Source: a virus. Taken from it: DNA of 40,015 nt. The notes beneath the pieces are model-generated. The model was not told where the DNA came from and did no database searches. It worked only from the letters and a program-made list of their open reading frames with translations. This document shows, one piece after another, positions 1 through 5,801 of this stretch. Location of the stretch: the IMG/VR virus record IMGVR_UViG_3300045988_093525, positions 1 to 40,015 of that record, one strand, 5' to 3'. A program made the position numbers and the translations under genes. Every line of letters begins with the position of its first letter. Positions within the stretch are counted from its first letter, which is position 1.

Positions 1-45
1 TGAGGGGGTGGTGAGCGTACGCTCGTGAGGGTTCAAGTCCCTCCA
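1..45. repeat. attL core (direct repeat, identical to 39971-40015)
   Basis: tgagggggtggtgagcgtacgctcgtgagggttcaagtccctcca occurs identically at both ends. The true repeat may be longer, because the window is cut exactly at its edges. Confidence 0.9.
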
Positions 46-54
46 ACCGCACCA
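1..54 (+). tRNA. 3' portion of a tRNA-Leu(GAG)-like gene (anticodon loop to CCA); the 5' half lies upstream of the window
   Basis: Anticodon GAG at 2-4 within loop tTGAGGG. The 3' anticodon stem is GGTGG at 7-11. A long variable-arm hairpin GAGCG-TA-CGCTC spans 13-24. T arm GAGGG-TTCAAGT-CCCTC spans 27-43. Acceptor 3' strand CAACCGC is at 44-50, discriminator A at 51, CCA at 52-54. The long variable arm and the ...GTGAGGGTTCAAGTCCCT..CCGCACCA end resemble Firmicute tRNA-Leu. Confidence 0.65.
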
Positions 55-63
55 AGCTGATTA

Positions 64-104
64 AATAAGGGCTTACAGGTAATTCTGTAAGCCCTTATTT
101 TTGT
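64..104 (+). terminator. Rho-independent terminator downstream of the tRNA 3' end
   Basis: Perfect 15-bp stem AATAAGGGCTTACAG (64-78) / CTGTAAGCCCTTATT (85-99), 6-nt loop, then TTTTTG. Confidence 0.85.
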
Positions 105-149
105 TTGACATCATAAAGTCTTGCGTGGTCTGACATCATTTTGACATCA
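105..149 (+). promoter_or_regulatory. Three direct copies of (T)TGACATCA: putative arm-type integrase binding sites (P' arm)
   Basis: TTGACATCA at 105-113, TGACATCA at 131-138, TTGACATCA at 141-149. All are in the same orientation. The same 9-mer occurs twice near attR (39845-39864). Confidence 0.6.
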
Positions 150-1220
150 GAATATTTTAGAGATTCGTTCTACGATGTCATCTTCCATTTTAGGTGTCAC
201 ATGTGAGTAGGTATCCATCGTTTCTTGAAATGATGCGTGCCCTAGACGTTCTTGTATGGCTTTCATATTGGCTCCATTTTCGATGAGAAGTGTGGCATGG
301 GTATGTCTAGTACCATGCATAGTAAAAGCGGGCTTACCGATTAAACTGGCGTATTTCTTACATAGCTTGCTGACTTCATCAGGGCAGCGAGGAGCGCCTT
401 TTATGCCAGGGAATACAAGGTTGTTATTAATCCAGTTCATGGTTTTAATTCTGCGCTTGTCTATGACTGTTTTATGCTTCATAAGCTCCTGGAGTGTTTC
501 TGTATCAATGGCAATTATCCGTTTTGAGGATGTGGTCTTGGTTGTATTGGATATAACTGCCGTAGATCCGATTTTGAGGGCTGTTTGTGAAATGGATATA
601 GTTGATTTTTTGAAATCGATATCCGACCATCGCAATCCTAATAATTCAGAGCGCCGCATACCTGTTGCAAATGCTAATTTAAATAGCGCATGATGTTCTG
701 TATTTGATATATTGGATAAGAAGTCTTTTACTTCATCTGCAGCTAACGTTACCATATGCCGAACTTTAACCTGCTTTGGCCTATCTATGTTTTTCATATA
801 GTTCTTAGGGATGATGTCATCTTTTACCGCCTGCTCTAATATGGAGCCTAGAATTGTCATGGTATATGATATAGTCCTTGATGACAATCCATCCATTGAT
901 TCAAAGACATACCGTAATGTATTAGGTTTAATTTCGGCTAACTTTACGCCACCGATTTTATCTCTGATATAGCGATTGATAATTCCTGTATAGCTTTGAT
1001 ATGTGGCAGGGGTTATAGTCTTTTCCTTTAGATTCAACCATATATTAATCCAGGTGTTTAATGAAATAGTATCATCGAAATTAGCACATGCTTGATTAGT
1101 ATTTACGTATTTCTCCATAGCTTCTATGGCAGCTTTTCTGGTGGTGCCATAAAAGAATTTACGCTTACCGTTGATGGTTTTCGATACTTGGTATCGTCCA
1201 TCAGCTCGTTTTTTAGCCAT
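147..1220 (-). CDS. int: Tyrosine-type site-specific integrase
   Basis: 357 aa from ATG 1220 (AAGGA RBS upstream). The track start at 1271 lies inside the terminator hairpin. Catalytic signatures: ATGMRRSELLGLRW, HGTRHTHATLL (HxxR), LGHASFQETMDTYSHV (Tyr). The gene is adjacent to attL. Confidence 0.93.
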   Translation of the reverse strand: MAKKRADGRYQVSKTINGKRKFFYGTTRKAAIEAMEKYVNTNQACANFDDTISLNTWINIWLNLKEKTITPATYQSYTGIINRYIRDKIGGVKLAEIKPNTLRYVFESMDGLSSRTISYTMTILGSILEQAVKDDIIPKNYMKNIDRPKQVKVRHMVTLAADEVKDFLSNISNTEHHALFKLAFATGMRRSELLGLRWSDIDFKKSTISISQTALKIGSTAVISNTTKTTSSKRIIAIDTETLQELMKHKTVIDKRRIKTMNWINNNLVFPGIKGAPRCPDEVSKLCKKYASLIGKPAFTMHGTRHTHATLLIENGANMKAIQERLGHASFQETMDTYSHVTPKMEDDIVERISKIF

Positions 1221-1237
1221 ATCTTCAATCCTTATAA

Positions 1238-1337
1238 TAAAAAAAGATGAGGTCTTGTTCCATAAGAACAAGACCTCATCTTTAGTTGCGGCTAAACCGC
1301 TTATAATGATTTTAGTTTGGGGCTAAACCCCTTTGTT
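1238..1337 (-). ncRNA. Candidate ~100-nt structured RNA (int leader/attenuator or stand-alone sRNA) with two covarying hairpins
   Basis: It has its own sigma70-like promoter (1343-1371) and its own terminator (1239-1283). It contains GGGGUUUAGCCCC (1319-1331) and GCGGUUUAGCCGC (1288-1300). These sit inside ~23-nt imperfect direct repeats 31 nt apart; the loop is identical and the stem changes are compensatory. Confidence 0.4.
1239..1283 (-). terminator. Strong intrinsic terminator (minus-strand sense) immediately upstream of the int RBS
   Basis: Perfect 18-bp inverted repeat AAAGATGAGGTCTTGTTC (1243-1260) / GAACAAGACCTCATCTTT (1266-1283) with a 5-nt loop. On the minus strand it is followed by a U7 run (A-run 1239-1245 on +). 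Confidence 0.85.
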
Positions 1338-1342
1338 CTTAC

Positions 1343-1371
1343 ATTATAGAATAGATGTTTAAAAAAATCAA
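1343..1371 (-). promoter_or_regulatory. Sigma70-like promoter on the minus strand (-35 TTGATT, 17 bp, -10 TATAAT)
   Basis: + strand aatcaa at 1366-1371 and attata at 1343-1348 with a 17-nt spacer. It lies just downstream of the stop of the 1396-2139 gene. Confidence 0.6.
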
Positions 1372-1395
1372 CAATTTTTGGAGTTTATTACAGTT

Positions 1396-2139
1396 TTACT
1401 TTATATTGTATAACGCTTTTATAACTGCTCGAATTTTATCAGTAGCCTGTTTATCTACTCGCATATCATATAGTGCATCTTTATGGCACCTAGGATTTTG
1501 TATGCGTATTTTACTTACAGTCCTAATTTGAGAGACGATAGCAACCGTGCCTGCGTTTAACCGTGAAACTTCTTCCATAATTATATTGTGTTTAGTAATT
1601 AGGGCATTCGCTTCATCTAGCTGTTTTTCAAAGCGTTTAACATCGCTAGCTGTTAACGTCTTTTTATCAGTAGTTTCGAATTCCTTCACGTAGTTTTCAC
1701 CTTGGTCTAACATCTTGCCGGACCTATTCAGCAAGACTGTAAATAATTCTGTTCCCAAATATACATCTGATTTATATAATTTACTAGGGCTCTCTTTATT
1801 AGGCTTTAAAGACCTTAGAGGGACGACAGTGACTGTGCTGTTTTTAGCATTACTTGGTGCCAGTACTATAGCATAATGCAGGCCACCAAACTCAGACCCT
1901 ATGCCGAAACCGAAGTCAACTTTAACTATATCGCCAGGTTTAAATTGTGGAAAATATTTCGGATTAAAAGTTTCTTCTTGCTTTATATATCTTAAATAAT
2001 TTCGCAGCCAATAATAGAGTAGGGCCGCTTTATGTTGGTCTGCAGCTAGTATATTTTTTAAGAACGTACTTATGCTACTCGCAAGCTCGGCTATTTTCGA
2101 CAATAAAGCCCCTTTGTTTTCTGGCTTTTTTAGATCCAT
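1396..2139 (-). CDS. Atypical MazF/PemK-fold protein (N-terminal extension plus ~85-aa insertion splitting the fold)
   Basis: 247 aa, AAGGAGG RBS 7 nt upstream of ATG 2139. GDIVKVDFGFGIGSEFGGLHYAIVL...VTVVPLRS and GTVAIVSQIRTVSKIRI...ATDKIRAVIKAL match the two halves of EndoA/MazF (GDVYFADL..GSEQGGVRP.., ..LLEQIRTIDKQRL..DKVDEAL). The conserved Arg-Pro after GG is His-Tyr here. Confidence 0.7.
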   Translation of the reverse strand: MDLKKPENKGALLSKIAELASSISTFLKNILAADQHKAALLYYWLRNYLRYIKQEETFNPKYFPQFKPGDIVKVDFGFGIGSEFGGLHYAIVLAPSNAKNSTVTVVPLRSLKPNKESPSKLYKSDVYLGTELFTVLLNRSGKMLDQGENYVKEFETTDKKTLTASDVKRFEKQLDEANALITKHNIIMEEVSRLNAGTVAIVSQIRTVSKIRIQNPRCHKDALYDMRVDKQATDKIRAVIKALYNIK

Positions 2140-2175
2140 ACAAAACCTCCTTTGTTATACACTTTATGTTCTACT

Positions 2176-2460
2176 TTATAATACCGATACATAATGATGA
2201 TAAAAGTCGATATTTTCTAATTCCGAATCATCTATATGTGACCTACGAACCATTTGTTCGACAAGGTTCACGTGTTCATCTAAGTAAAAATCATCATTAA
2301 TAATATGCATTAATTCATGTTTAATTTCCTCTCTCATGCGATCATGAGGGAGGTTTTTGTTTATGTAGATGTTATGAGTATCTACATCTTCACATTCCTC
2401 TGACACAGCATTGGCATGTGGCAAGTCGCAGTAAATCAAATTTACAACCAACGATAACAC
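2176..2460 (-). CDS. Short ImmA/IrrE-like zinc metalloprotease
   Basis: 94 aa with GTG start. HEXXH motif (EIKHELMHIIND). It lies directly downstream of the XRE repressor, like ImmR-ImmA pairs. Confidence 0.65.
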   Translation of the reverse strand: MLSLVVNLIYCDLPHANAVSEECEDVDTHNIYINKNLPHDRMREEIKHELMHIINDDFYLDEHVNLVEQMVRRSHIDDSELENIDFYHHYVSVL

Positions 2461-2475
2461 TCTCCCTTGTGTATA

Positions 2476-2865
2476 TTATTTGTGTTTAGATTTTAAGAAC
2501 TCTATGTATTTGACTGTTTCTTCCATCTCCTCTGTAGACATATCTTTTGCAGCAGAAAAAAGCATGCGTGCACCTGGTCTAGTGCGTAAGTACTCCGCGA
2601 ACTCTGCTGCTTCAGGGTCTGTGTAGTAGCCTTTAGTATCTTTATGGTCTGTTAATTGTTGGGAATCAGTCCAACCCATTAAATATGCAGGTGTAGTATT
2701 AAGAGCTTTAGCTAATGGTTCAAGTACATCAATTGGCATGTTTTCGATATCACCATTTTCATATCTATATATAGTAGCTCTATTTTTATTTAACAACTTA
2801 GCTAATGCATCAGCTGTATACCCTAATTCTAATCTTCTTTGTTTTATACGTTCTCCGATTCTCAT
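2476..2865 (-). CDS. XRE-family CI-like phage repressor
   Basis: The likely start is ATG 2865 (GTGAGGA RBS 7 nt upstream); the track start GTG 2877 is less likely. N-terminal HTH_3 motif (IKQRRLELGYTADALAKLLNKNRATIYRYENG). The gene is divergent from a Cro-like gene. Confidence 0.9.
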   Translation of the reverse strand: MRIGERIKQRRLELGYTADALAKLLNKNRATIYRYENGDIENMPIDVLEPLAKALNTTPAYLMGWTDSQQLTDHKDTKGYYTDPEAAEFAEYLRTRPGARMLFSAAKDMSTEEMEETVKYIEFLKSKHK

Positions 2866-2892
2866 AGGATTCCTCACTTTCTAGTTGATTAC

Positions 2893-2921
2893 ATAATACA
2901 ATACAGTTCGCAAAAATGCAA
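2893..2921 (-). promoter_or_regulatory. Leftward repressor promoter (-35 TTGCAT, 17 bp, -10 TATTAT)
   Basis: + strand atgcaa at 2916-2921 and ataata at 2893-2898. It is overlapped by the imperfect operator-like TTCGCAAAAATGCAA at 2907-2921. Confidence 0.5.
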
Positions 2922-2947
2922 CAATTTTTCTTAAAATATTTATAAAA

Positions 2948-2962
2948 TCGCATAAAATGCGA
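2948..2962. promoter_or_regulatory. Operator palindrome TCGCAT-AAA-ATGCGA
   Basis: Perfect 6+3+6 palindrome 10 bp upstream of the PR -35. Confidence 0.65.
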
Positions 2963-2971
2963 AAATTATTG

Positions 2972-3000
2972 TTGACATGCATTGCTCTATGGGGTAATAT
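2972..3000 (+). promoter_or_regulatory. Rightward early promoter PR (-35 TTGACA, 17 bp, -10 TAATAT)
   Basis: TTGACA at 2972-2977, TAATAT at 2995-3000, 17-nt spacer, upstream of the Cro-like gene. Confidence 0.7.
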
Positions 3001-3013
3001 CAAATCACAAGAA

Positions 3014-3029
3014 GTCGCATAAAGGCGAC
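3014..3029. promoter_or_regulatory. Operator palindrome GTCGCATAAAGGCGAC
   Basis: GTCGC...GCGAC inverted repeat sharing the TCGCATAAA half with the 2948 site. It lies between the PR start site and the Cro RBS. Confidence 0.55.
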
Positions 3030-3048
3030 TATAAAGGAGGTGAGATTT

Positions 3049-3264
3049 ATGAACACTAGAAAATTAAAAGCAAAATTAGTAGAAAAAGATGTATCTATTG
3101 CAGATTTAGCAACCATATTAAATGTTGATAAATCAACTGTATACAGGAAGCTTAACAGGGCGGGAGAGGCTTTTACAGTTAGCGATGTAGATAAAATCGC
3201 TAAAGCATTATACTTAACTTATAACGATATCAATGAAATTTTTTTTACCAATATAGTCGCATAA
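3049..3264 (+). CDS. Cro-like HTH regulator
   Basis: 71 aa from ATG 3049 (AAAGGAGGTG RBS). HTH motif (VSIADLATILNVDKSTVYRKL). First gene of the rightward operon. Confidence 0.8.
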   Translation: MNTRKLKAKLVEKDVSIADLATILNVDKSTVYRKLNRAGEAFTVSDVDKIAKALYLTYNDINEIFFTNIVA

Positions 3265-3272
3265 TATGCGAC
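3256..3272. promoter_or_regulatory. Distal operator: perfect 17-bp palindrome GTCGCATA-A-TATGCGAC over the cro stop codon
   Basis: Same half-site family as the 2948 and 3014 sites. It is located ~240-310 bp downstream of them. Confidence 0.55.
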
Positions 3273-3309
3273 TTGTAAAGCAAGTAAATAACAATGGAAG
3301 GAGATTATC

Positions 3310-3459
3310 ATGACAGAAAATACAATACTGAATACGGATATGTTTACAAAAATAGTTATTAAAAACGAAGATGACGATACAGTAGTCGCCGTTATTACTG
3401 CTGATGATGTTGAACCGGCGCCGCATTATATTGCTGTATTAACTCCTAAGTATAAGTAG
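3310..3459 (+). CDS. Hypothetical 49-aa early protein (not in the ORF track)
   Basis: ATG 3310 preceded by GGAAGGAG. The ORF MTENTILNTDMFTKIVIKNEDDDTVVAVITADDVEPAPHYIAVLTPKYK ends at TAG 3457-3459. Confidence 0.55.
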   Translation: MTENTILNTDMFTKIVIKNEDDDTVVAVITADDVEPAPHYIAVLTPKYK

Positions 3460-3492
3460 CCTTTTAGTGAATGAAAGATGGGAGATGAAAAT

Positions 3493-3573
3493 ATGGAGTT
3501 TGTCATCGGATATATTATAGGGCTCGTGCTGACAGGAATTTTGATTATTGTAGTTGCTGGACGTGGGTTTTAA
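3493..3573 (+). CDS. Possible 26-aa hydrophobic peptide
   Basis: MEFVIGYIIGLVLTGILIIVVAGRGF, a single predicted TM helix, GGGAG upstream. It is very short, so the call is weak. Confidence 0.3.
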   Translation: MEFVIGYIIGLVLTGILIIVVAGRGF

Positions 3574-3613
3574 TCCGTCAACAAAGTTAATGGCGGTAGA
3601 GAGGAGACACTAA

Positions 3614-3784
3614 ATGAAAGCAGTAGAAGATCGCATTACAAAAGAGCGCAAAGAACTAGCATTAGCAGCTAGACCATTAGTGGAATGGGTAAGAAAAAAC
3701 GGCACACCTCATACGACGATATTGGTGACAGACACTTTTGTGAATGTGTGCAATACCGAAATTGGCGTGCCGATAGATGATTAG
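3614..3784 (+). CDS. Hypothetical 56-aa early protein (not in the ORF track)
   Basis: ATG 3614 preceded by GAGGAG. MKAVEDRITKERKELALAARPLVEWVRKNGTPHTTILVTDTFVNVCNTEIGVPIDD. The stop abuts the stop of the convergent KTSC gene. Confidence 0.55.
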   Translation: MKAVEDRITKERKELALAARPLVEWVRKNGTPHTTILVTDTFVNVCNTEIGVPIDD

Positions 3785-3988
3785 TCATCTAATTTTGCGT
3801 TGTGGTTTATGGACTAAATGCTGATGCACAAATTTCCCTTTTGAAGATGCATTCAAAAAAGATTGAAATAAACTTTCACTACAGCCGAAGTATTGGTATA
3901 CGGATCCATTTTTGAACCGTACTTGAATGATGCCATCTTCATAGCCAATGGCGGAAACATTTGAAGATGATACATTTATCATTTCCAC
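3785..3988 (-). CDS. KTSC-domain protein (lone minus-strand gene in the early region)
   Basis: VSSSNVSAIGYEDGIIQVRFKNGSVYQYFGCSESLFQSFLNASSKGKFVHQHL matches the KTSC domain pattern. The likely start is GTG 3988, 8 nt after GGAGGTG. An extended -10 (TGATATAAT, + strand 4012-4020) lies upstream on the minus strand. Confidence 0.7.
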   Translation of the reverse strand: MEMINVSSSNVSAIGYEDGIIQVRFKNGSVYQYFGCSESLFQSFLNASSKGKFVHQHLVHKPQRKIR

Positions 3989-4052
3989 AATAATCACCTC
4001 CCTTCAAAGTGATTATATCAAAATATTATTTTTTTTACAGAAGGAGGAAATA

Positions 4053-4253
4053 ATGGATAGAAGCAAACTCTGCATCACAGTTGATGAAGCTGCTGAATTG
4101 GCTAGTGTAGCACCTGCTGTCATTCGCCAATGGGCGGAAGACTTTGATTTTCCGTCCATGAAAATTGGACAGCGTGGCGGTAAACGCTTAATTCATTTAG
4201 ATTCGTTTAATGTCTGGTTAGCGAAAAGATGCCAGGCAAGAATAGGAGAGTGA
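4053..4253 (+). CDS. Excisionase/MerR-like HTH DNA-binding protein (candidate Xis/RDF)
   Basis: 66 aa from ATG 4053 (AAGGAGG RBS at 4041-4047). ITVDEAAELASVAPAVIRQWAEDFDFPSMKIGQRGGKRLIHLDSFNVWL is typical of the excisionase-family HTH_17. The upstream part of the track ORF is antisense to the KTSC gene. Confidence 0.65.
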   Translation: MDRSKLCITVDEAAELASVAPAVIRQWAEDFDFPSMKIGQRGGKRLIHLDSFNVWLAKRCQARIGE

Positions 4254-4256
4254 AAG

Positions 4257-4412
4257 ATGAATAAATTTATTATGATAGCGTCCCTTATAATGTTCGGGTT
4301 GCTAGAGGGTTCAGATGTACAAGGCTACATCATACCTGATCTAGTAATGGCCGTAGGGATATTATGGGCGAGCGCCATGTTGCTATATGTAGTTAAACAT
4401 GGAGGTGAATAA
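4257..4412 (+). CDS. 51-aa two-TM membrane peptide (not in the ORF track)
   Basis: ATG 4257 after AGGAGAG. MNKFIMIASLIMFGLLEGSDVQGYIIPDLVMAVGILWASAMLLYVVKHGGE. Confidence 0.5.
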   Translation: MNKFIMIASLIMFGLLEGSDVQGYIIPDLVMAVGILWASAMLLYVVKHGGE

Positions 4413-4510
4413 TGGAAACATTGATGCAAGCATTATTTTTGGCTGTATTCATTCTGGTTAGTTGCATGATATTTGTTTCTCTATTTGCATTGATGCCCTT
4501 TTGGTTCTAG
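4412..4510 (+). CDS. 32-aa hydrophobic peptide, translationally coupled (TAATG) to the previous ORF
   Basis: METLMQALFLAVFILVSCMIFVSLFALMPFWF. GGAGGTG lies 5 nt upstream and overlaps the end of the preceding ORF. Confidence 0.4.
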   Translation: METLMQALFLAVFILVSCMIFVSLFALMPFWF

Positions 4511-4520
4511 GAGGTGATAT

Positions 4521-4703
4521 ATGAAGCGTGTTAATTGTACAAAATGTGGCGTAAGGATTATCCCATATACCTATAGCTATATATTCGATGAAGTAAATCG
4601 AAAAGCTATTAGAGTGTGTAAGAGATGCCATGATGAGCACATTAAAAATAAATGTAAAAAAGCCCGTACTCACGGCAATGAGATACGAGCTCTAGTTAAA
4701 TAA
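4521..4703 (+). CDS. Small zinc-ribbon-like protein
   Basis: 60 aa, GGAGGTG RBS. CTKCG...CKRCH forms two CxxC pairs. The C-terminus is basic. Confidence 0.6.
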   Translation: MKRVNCTKCGVRIIPYTYSYIFDEVNRKAIRVCKRCHDEHIKNKCKKARTHGNEIRALVK

Positions 4704-4749
4704 CCAAGTTAATTGTAACACATTAAGTCGTTACTAAAAAGGAGGTATT

Positions 4750-5142
4750 ATGCCTGAACTTGTAGCAAAGAAAAAATCAAAACCAGCTATAAATACATTT
4801 GATTTTAGCTTCTTTGAAAAACATAACGGTAAACATGATAGAGCTATGAAAGTTGCTATTGTTACATGTAAGAGCTATATCAAATTATCAATGATGGCCT
4901 ATCGGAAAATTAAAGGCCCAGAGTATTTCAAGGTCGGTATTGATATTAACAACAGAGTAATATGTGTATCCCCTGCAGTGGAGACCGAACCATTTGTGAT
5001 TAAACCGACGGCGAGTCAGATTGAACGCAGATGCATTTTTATTACTCAAAAGCGAGCTGTCATTGATAAGTTGATAAAACTAGGAATGCCAAAAGTTGTA
5101 GAAGGTCAACTAGTTGATGGAGAATTAATATTTCAATTCTAA
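4750..5142 (+). CDS. Hypothetical early protein
   Basis: 130 aa with a strong AAGGAGG RBS. No recognisable motif. Confidence 0.7.
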   Translation: MPELVAKKKSKPAINTFDFSFFEKHNGKHDRAMKVAIVTCKSYIKLSMMAYRKIKGPEYFKVGIDINNRVICVSPAVETEPFVIKPTASQIERRCIFITQKRAVIDKLIKLGMPKVVEGQLVDGELIFQF

Positions 5143-5155
5143 AGGAGATTAAATC

Positions 5156-5800
5156 ATGGAAAATCAAAATATCTTAACTATTAAATTTAATACATTGGAT
5201 GATCTAGCAGTGCAAGTAGCAGATTGGAATGAACGATTAAATCATCAATGCCAAGGCCAATGTATGTCGGAAAAGCCAATTGTTAAAGTAACGTCAGGCA
5301 CCAGTCTTGAACTAGCAGAAAGTAAACTCGAGGATACATTCAAGAAAGCAATTCAAAAGAGTAGTAAAAAGATTGCAGAAGGTATAAATCAACTTGAAGC
5401 TGAAGGTTGTAAGGTAGAAATCTTAGAAAATGAAGTGCCAGCGCCTGCAGATGATGTTCCTGTAACAGATTTCGAAGGTAAGCCAACAAAAACTAAAAAA
5501 GAAGAAAAGGTTGAGCCGGTAACAGAATCGGTTGTAGAACCTGCTCCTGCAGAAACACCAACTGAGGAACCAGCTACTATTGAAACGCCGGAACAGGATG
5601 CAGTATTAGATGTGACTGATGAACCGGTAGATAAAAAAGCATTCTATAAAGAATTCCGTGAATGGATGGGTGAGGATGGCGTAAAAGCAAAAAAAGCACT
5701 TGCAATTTTTGGCAAGCACGGTGTTACTCGTCCATCCAGTGACTCATTAACAGATGATCTTATCACTGATTTGAAATCTATCATGGCAGGGGAGGAATAA
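5156..5800 (+). CDS. Hypothetical acidic protein with a Pro/Glu/Thr-rich linker
   Basis: 214 aa, AAGGAG RBS. Central low-complexity segment EPVTESVVEPAPAETPTEEPATIETPEQD. Confidence 0.7.
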   Translation: MENQNILTIKFNTLDDLAVQVADWNERLNHQCQGQCMSEKPIVKVTSGTSLELAESKLEDTFKKAIQKSSKKIAEGINQLEAEGCKVEILENEVPAPADDVPVTDFEGKPTKTKKEEKVEPVTESVVEPAPAETPTEEPATIETPEQDAVLDVTDEPVDKKAFYKEFREWMGEDGVKAKKALAIFGKHGVTRPSSDSLTDDLITDLKSIMAGEE

Positions 5801-5801
5801 T

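Noticed and set aside
256-693. 145-aa + strand ORF inside the integrase region
   Set aside because: It is entirely antisense to the well-supported integrase CDS. It has no RBS, and its Cys/Leu-rich composition is typical of a shadow ORF.
3214-3426. 70-aa minus-strand ORF overlapping the cro 3' end
   Set aside because: It conflicts with the Cro-like CDS and with the RBS-supported 49-aa + strand ORF at 3310-3459. Its composition is implausible.
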